Assembly: GCF_009914755.1 (NCBI RefSeq)
Contig: NC_060933.1
DNA from: the human T2T-CHM13v2.0 reference genome, Homo sapiens
DNA length: 64,000 nucleotides
Direction: 5' to 3' (one strand)
The position numbers and the translations under genes are program-made. The notes below the pieces were generated by a model. It was not told the DNA's origin and made no database searches. It saw nothing but the letters and a program-made list of their open reading frames with translations. Below are positions 57,128 through 64,000 of this stretch, in pieces. Each line of letters opens with the position of its first letter. Position 1 is the stretch's first letter.

Positions 57128-58490
57128 ACAGGTTTCTCAGACTTTGTCCATGAACTCCTGCGGGCCTTCGGACAGACTCTTGGGGATCCTCAATTCTCAA
57201 CAAAAATTTTCTAATGTTATTTTTTTCTGATTAGGATAATCAAAAAGTGATTTAAGTATGTTCTGCATATGACATTTATGTATGTATAATTGTTAAGCAA
57301 TTTCCACAAATTAGAGATTTTGACTTTTACTGACTTTTAGTGTCTGAGCACTATTATTATGGATAGCTATGTTCCAATGTCAAATTGTCAGGAAGAAGGC
57401 TGTGCCCACCTCTCTCCTCATATCAAAATCCTGTCTGGTGATGATTTGCCATCACAAAACCTATTTCTATAGTAATATTTTAGTCTCTCATGTTATTCAA
57501 TAACTTGAGACTTTTAGATTTGCCATCATTTACACTAACATACTGTGGTCAAGCAGTAACATACGGCTGCGACTGTTCTAGTGGATGTGAAGTGTAAATG
57601 AGGTGCTACAGCCAATGAATGGCCAAAGGACATGGGACTCCTCTGGATGAGCAAAGCTTTCACAGGAGTTTAAATATCCTAGGTAAAGTCAAAGTGACTG
57701 CGATAGAAAGAAAACTTGACTGAAGATCAAATTATTCATAAAATTCTATTTCTGATATGTACAGGATTCTGTCAATATTCTTATCAACTCTTTAATAAAA
57801 CTAGAAATTTGTTTTTGACATCTGCAAGGAAAAAAAGAACCCAGATATGCTGATGCCACCAATAACTAAATTAGACAAACACATTTAGTACACATTTGGT
57901 AATTCAGTAAAGCTAAGAAATTTTAAGAGAATGTAACTTTTCAGAGTCTATAAAGCAGTGTAACATTAGAATTGCTTTTTTGTTTTGTTTTCTTTTTTCT
58001 TTTTTTCTTTGTTTATTTTAAAATTGCTTTTTAACTTAGGTTAACTATAAGGTATAATAACCCTGAATTAGCAAACAAAAGCTTATTGTTATTAATACTG
58101 TTTTGTACAAAATATTTTGCAAATAGGCATTATTCACACTGATATTGTTGAAATAAAAAAACAAGAGCAGGGTAAATGTAGATATGGACTTGTTTTCTTT
58201 TTAGTACTAAAGCCTACATCGACAATTTAGTTTTAGCCAAGCAATAATTTCTGTAAAAATAATTTAATATTGTAAATATGAAATTGATTGCTTTTCTTGT
58301 TTTGGTTTGCATTTATACTCCTTGCCCTTTTTTCTAGTATGTAAGAGCTACGAGCACAATGAGAATACACCTAGGCTTACTTGTACTTAAATAACATTAC
58401 AATATAAGTGCTTAAGAGAACCCTAGGAGGCCTATGAGAATTTGTTTTCTCAGAAGTGCTTTGCACATCACTCAAGCTAGACAAATACTG
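57128..58490. mobile_element. Possible old hAT-Charlie-type DNA transposon remnant
   Basis: Degenerate termini 'caggtttctcagactt' and 'aagctagacaaatactg'; AT-rich interior. Confidence 0.35.
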
Positions 58491-58538
58491 TTTTAGAAAC
58501 ACAGAGGAAGGCAACATCAATGTAGCCTGGGTTGTCAG

Positions 58539-59020
58539 TGTCAAAAGACCATTCTTCATGGGATTCTTGTTTCCATATATCTTGTGAGCGGAGGCATGGA
58601 CTATCTTTGTTCTTGGCTAACTTTTCAAGGATTTTTGTATAGTAAACACATTGAGAGAGAGAGGTAATGTCTTTCTAGGAAGCATCAAGCATTGGAGTTT
58701 AGAGATAGTAAAAGGGAAGCGTGTTTACCATCCATTATAAAACATGAGGCTGTCCTAAGTTCTCTCTATTCCTCTCCTTATAGTGCAGCTTACTGTGTGT
58801 GCTGGTGTCACTTGACCCTCTCCACATTACCCCAGGGGCATCAGGACTTGAAGAACTGGCCCAAAAATGCTGCTACTCTGGCTACTACCATTGCTGTGAG
58901 TTAAAAACTGTCCTTTGTCTCTGACCCAGGAGTTCTATGCCTTCTACCAGCATCCATGAAACTTGGCTGGCTAAATTGTTAGCTTTCCAGTAGCTATTAT
59001 GAAATCTCAGGCCCTTTGTG
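58539..59020 (+). mobile_element. LTR40-family LTR (ERVL)
   Basis: 'cttttcaaggatttttgtatagtaaac', 'tttgtctctgacccaggagt', 'ccagcatccatgaaact'. Confidence 0.78.
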
Positions 59021-59820
59021 ATTATTTTTTGTTTGTTGGTTTGGGTTTTGTACATATTTATGGGGTACATGTGACATTGTGTCACATGCGTAGAATGTGT
59101 ACTTCTACTTCAGGATGTTTAGGAGATCCATCACCATAAACTTTACCATTTCTATGTGTTGAGAACATTTCAAGTTCTCACTTCTAGCTACAATACATTG
59201 TTGTTAACTGTAGTCACCTTACTCTACAATTGAATATTACTGCTTATTCCTTCTGTATAACTGTATGTTTGTACCCATTAATCAATCTGTCTTCATCTAC
59301 ACATCTAAATCCTTCCCAGTCTCTTGTCACCACCATTTGATTTTCCACCTCCATGAGATCCATATTTTAAGCTCCCACATATAAGTGAGTACATGCAATA
59401 TTTATTTCTGTGTCTGGCTTATTTAACTTGATATAATGACCTACAGTTCCATCTATGTTGCTGTAAATGACATGATTTCATTCTTTTTTTGGACAAATAG
59501 TATTCCATTGCATAAATAAACCACATTTTCTTTATTCATTCATCCACTGATGGATACAAGTTGATTCCATATCTTTGCTATTGTGAATAAACATGGGAGT
59601 GCATGTATCCCTTTGGTACACTGATTTCTTTTCCTTTGCATAAATACTCAGTAGTGGGATTGCTGAATCATACGGTAGTTCTATTTTCAGGGTTTTTTTT
59701 TTTTTTTTTTTTTGAGAAATCTCTATATGGTTCTCTGTAATGGTTGTACTAATTTACATTCCTATCAACAATGTATGAGAGTTCTTTTTTCCACACACCC
59801 TCACCAGCATCTGTTATTTT
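59021..59820 (-). mobile_element. L1MA 3' end
   Basis: 'tgtacatatttatggggtacatgtg', 'agctcccacatataagtgag', 'cagtagtgggattgctgaatcatacggtagttc'. Confidence 0.88.
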
Positions 59821-60249
59821 GGCCCATGGAGGAACTGGGGTTTGAGGTGTGACCTGGGTATAATTTGGCTAGATGGATGTGCAGTAGTGCGGGAAGAGCA
59901 ATCCAGCTAGGTGAATGTCACCAAGACTCAGAGACAGGAATGCACTGTGGTCTGTGGTAGAGTGATGAGTAGGTCAGACAGACTAGAATAGAGAGTTTGG
60001 GCTGAGAAGTCCCAGTTAGAAATTAGGCCCTAAATTAGAAAATTAATTTGGGGCTAAATTGTCCTGTGCTTAAATATTAGGGTAAATGAAATCCTATATA
60101 TAATAAAAAACTTTTGAAGGTTTCTAGCTCTCCTTCCCTGAAGTCATTGATTTATTTGCTTATTTATTTATTTACTTAAGTTCCTAAGCAGGGAGATGAT
60201 ATATTGAATATTGAAGTCTGATGTCATAGAAGAGTGAAGTATGGAGTGA

Positions 60250-60460
60250 TAAGAGAACATCAACAAGTTTCTTATCTTGACTCTGCCACTTACTAGCTGT
60301 GTGACCTTGGACAAGTTATTTTCTCTGAGGCCAGTGTCCTTATCTGTCATAGGAGGAATAATAGAGTCCTCAGCTTAGTGAGGTGTTGCAAAGGTTATAG
60401 ATAATATCTCTAAAATGCTTGGTGTATTGCCTAGTACACAGGAAGCCAATAAATGGAGAA
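60250..60460 (+). mobile_element. MIR
   Basis: 'ctctgccacttactagctgtgtgaccttggacaagtta'. Confidence 0.85.
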
Positions 60461-61706
60461 GATTTTTCAGCTAGCTATGTGCAGCACAGATTGATGGAGA
60501 AGAAGTGAGGGCATGAGTCTCCCCTCTTGTAAAGTAATCACAACTACATGGGGATAAGGTCATGAGGAGTTGGGCTAAGATAGTCAAGGTAGTAAGAAAA
60601 ACAACCCTAAATATATAAAAAAAAAACTACTAGAACTTGGAAACTAATTGAGCATTATGATAGCTAATGTTTACTGCGTGCCTAGTATGTGCCACAAGCT
60701 ATTTTAAACACTTCAAAATATTAGCTCAGTTCTAAAAATGCTCTGAGGAGGTACTATTATTGTTGCCATCTCAGAGTCTATCATCTCAAACAGACACTCA
60801 ACGAGATAGAATAACTTGCCTGAAGTCATATAACTAAGGCCAACAGGAACTCAAACCCAGGCAGCACAGTACCAAAGCCCATGTGCTAATCTACCAGACT
60901 ATATTGTCTTGCCCCTCAGGAGGAGGTTAGGGAGCAATCGGTGAGGATTCACAGGTCTGGAGACCAAGGAGGGCAGGAGGAGCAGAAGTGTGCTAAGAGA
61001 AAATGATGCTGTGTGTCCTGACATGTTGAGTCTGAGCTTCGGGAACATCGAAGTGGATGTGGCCTATAGGGAGTTTGAAGTTGGGGCCTGGAGCTTGCCC
61101 GTGTGAGAGGATCTGTTTGAAGACAAAGATGTGAGAGTCACCTACTGCATAGGAGATAGTTGAGTAGTTTATCAGCATCACCCTTTTGAGTGGTCAAAGG
61201 TGTGGTGACTCTGGTCAGAGACTGCCTGGCATAGCTGACTAGGAATTGGAGAAGCGATCAGTCTGGCACTTTCCAGACTGGGGTTTCAGCAAGTGTTGTT
61301 ATTGTTGTTATACCAGGGCATTCTGTCTTTGCAGAAAGACACTCAGGCACCTGCTGCCACCAACAATTATTTCCCAAGATCTGGAAGGCAAAGACATGGG
61401 CTTTTCCTTTTAACCTTATCACTGCCCTGTCTGCCATGCTTGACTCTTCTTCATTTCTCTGTGACAGACATCATGATATAATAGAAAAAGTTCCAGAGTT
61501 GGAGTTATGCCTGAGTTGAAATCACAGCTCTGTAACTCACCAGCTCAGTCATTTTGTGTAAGTTAATTAAGTCATTTAATCTTAAATGTATTTTTTAAGC
61601 TGTCAAATGGGAATAATACTTTTTTCAGAAGGTTGTAGTGAAATAACTACTAAAACCTTTAGTAAATGTTGGTTACTTGCCCCCAACAATTCCATCTTCT
61701 TTCCCC

Positions 61707-62210
61707 TGGGGTGGTTTAAGCATGGCCACAAATTATTTGATCTTTCCTCATTAAGAGTTGGGGGTTATGTTCCCTCCCCTTGAATCTAAGCAGGCTCATG
61801 ACTACTTCAACCAGCAGAGTAGGGTGGAAGTGTCTTTTTGTGACTTCTGGAGTTAGATCATAAAAAGGTGATGTAGCTTTTGCCTGTTTGTTGAACTGCT
61901 TGTTCCTGGAGCCCTGAACCTTCATGTAAGAAGTCTGACCATCCTGAAGCCAGACGCCACAGCTGAGCCCAGCCTTATGACCGTACCCACCAAGGCACCG
62001 GGCATATAGTACAGCTGAACTGGACCTTTAAAACCAGCCTGTCTGCCAGCTGAATACCACCAAGTCATCTCCATTGACACTACATGGGACTGAAGGATCA
62101 CCCAATCAAACCCTGTCCACCAAATGTCTAACCCCAAAAATCATGAGATACAATAAAATGGTTGTTACATTTCCGAGTAGTTGATAACTCAGCAATAGTG
62201 AACTAGAACA
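61707..62210 (+). mobile_element. MLT1 (G/H-like) LTR
   Basis: 'tgttccctccccttgaatct', 'gtgacttctggagttagatcataaaaagg', end 'gcaatagtgaactagaaca'. Confidence 0.75.
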
Positions 62211-62466
62211 ATCACTTTTATTCCAATCCCTTTAATTCTTCCTCCTCCACCTGCCTGCTTACTGGAAATAGCCAGTCCTGAGTGTATTCTGATTTGAATC
62301 CTGTTCTAATATTTCATTGTGCAAAATGTGATTTGAGGGTAATTTCATTTTATCTCCTTGAGCCTCCTTCCTTCCTTCTTTTTTTTCTCCCTTTCCTCCA
62401 TAAGAATTTTCAGAGTGTTTTCATTGTATCAGATGCTAGATTGGGCATGGTCACTTTCCTCTATGT

Positions 62467-62689
62467 CAGGGATTAGCAAAATTGTTTAAAAGACCAGAAA
62501 GTACATAATTTAGGTGTGCAGACAAGTACCCAAATGTGCCGCTGAAGCATGAAAGCAGCTATAGATGTAAACAAATAGGTGTGGCTATATACTAATAGAT
62601 GTTCATTCATCCAAATGAGTTTTGTATTCATTTACAAAAATCGGGAGTAGGTTAGATTGGGCACCCAGGCCATAGCTTGCTGACTCCTG
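62467..62689. mobile_element. MER58A-like (hAT-Charlie)
   Basis: 'cagggattagcaaa' ... 'gcatgaaagcagctatag' ... 'ggccatagcttgctgactcctg'. Confidence 0.75.
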
Positions 62690-64000
62690 CTCTAAGTGCC
62701 CAACACCTGGTTGGGAACATATGTATGTGTTCAGATGTCTTCCCAGGCCATATCTGGTACGTGGCAATGCTATTCAGTAGCTAGAGAAAGAGCCTCCAGC
62801 CACCCCAATTCAAAAAGGACCTGGAATTTAAGTCAAGTCTTGGCTGACAGAGGAATGGATGTTCATACTTGGAGATGGAGGTGCAGAGGCATGTAGTCCC
62901 AGAGCGCAAACAGGGATGTCAAAGCAGCGCAGGGAGCTGGAGATGAGGATGGGCTGAGCAGAAAAGTGAGAGATCAGGCAGAAATGCTAGAGAGCCTTAT
63001 TTTCTAAAATTGACAGAATGCTTCTTCTGCTCACTCATTTTTCTCTCCAAGGAGTTGAAGGACAAATCTGATAAGGTAAAAATGGCTGTGAGCTCTGCAG
63101 ATGCCTGCCAGGTATTACTGAAGCTATCATCTTTCCTTTTCAGAAAAATAGCTCCTTAAAGTAGATGTCTTCGGAACACAATGTAAAACCTCTTCCCCTC
63201 CCTCTAGCATAGCAGGAATTCACAGGAGGGAACCAGAATAGCATGTCATGTTCTAACAGCTCTTCCAGCAGTGAGACTAAATACACATAAACTCTTCTAA
63301 ATTTGTATCTGCTGCAAACATGAACAATGACATCTTGTCATTCTGCTACGAGGTTCATCTGGACAAATTATATGCAGCGAAGGACACACTCCATCACTTT
63401 CCTGACTTTTTCAACTTCAACATCAGACCTTCATGTCCCGAAAATATCTCTGGCTTCCCTTTTATTCTTCTTTAATTGATAGCACTGTCATGAAGTCAGT
63501 GAATCCAGATTGAGAGAGAAATAGAAAATTTAGAGGAGATAAAATGCAAGTTTTTCTGATTATCTCGGCTTTGACTCTTCAAATCAGCACAGTTTATCTC
63601 AGTTAAAGGGGTTTATTTGAAGGCTATCCATGGCAAAAAAGAAGGAAAAACATCTTTTCAGAAGCTGCAAAGCCAGAGAATCTCACGAAGAACTAATGAA
63701 GTGGAGGGTAGAGCAGTGGCTTTAAACCTGCAGCCAAAGTTCTGGAATCTCAAAAGCAAGTGAGCTATGGTCCTGACTCGGTTCCTCCATCCACCTGCTT
63801 CCTCTCCTGACCCTTCTCCCTGCTTCTTTTGATGGGTCAGTTTGTCTTATTGTTTTCTTACTGTCTTCTTCCTTCATGTCTTTTGGTTTCTACTCCCACT
63901 GCCAACTCTTCACTCTCTCTTTCTAGCTCTCTCATTCAAACTTCATATGAGAAAGGATATGAGCACAATAGTCAATCCTATCAGAGTAGAACATACTGGT

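Noticed and set aside
60016-60060. Imperfect inverted repeat aattaggccctaaatta/taatttggggctaaatt
   Set aside because: AT-rich with several mismatches; compatible with chance

Overview
Primate (most likely human) euchromatic DNA with no protein-coding gene I can recognise and no rRNA, tRNA or CRISPR. It is a dense mosaic of interspersed repeats: about 22 Alus (many with intact TSDs), old L1M/L1MA/L1MC pieces, L2, L3, MIR, a solo ERV9 LTR12C with a 4-bp TSD, LTR8, two LTR16s, LTR40, several MLT1s, an LTR-less ERV-L pol remnant, and DNA transposons (MER53, MER3, MER102, MER5A, MER2, MER58). Repeat subfamily names come from remembered consensus sequences, not from a search. Signals the repeats do not explain: (i) a perfect 84-bp inverted repeat (23125-23208 / 23740-23823) inside ancient L2 sequence; (ii) a series of + strand exon-like segments, the best being a 147-nt symmetric phase-1 exon encoding six N-glycosylation sequons in 49 aa, with a CpG-retaining promoter-like patch at about 2.2-2.8 kb; (iii) two apparent retroposed mRNA 3' ends, one split from its poly(A) tail by an Alu; (iv) several short fold-back or template-switch scars.
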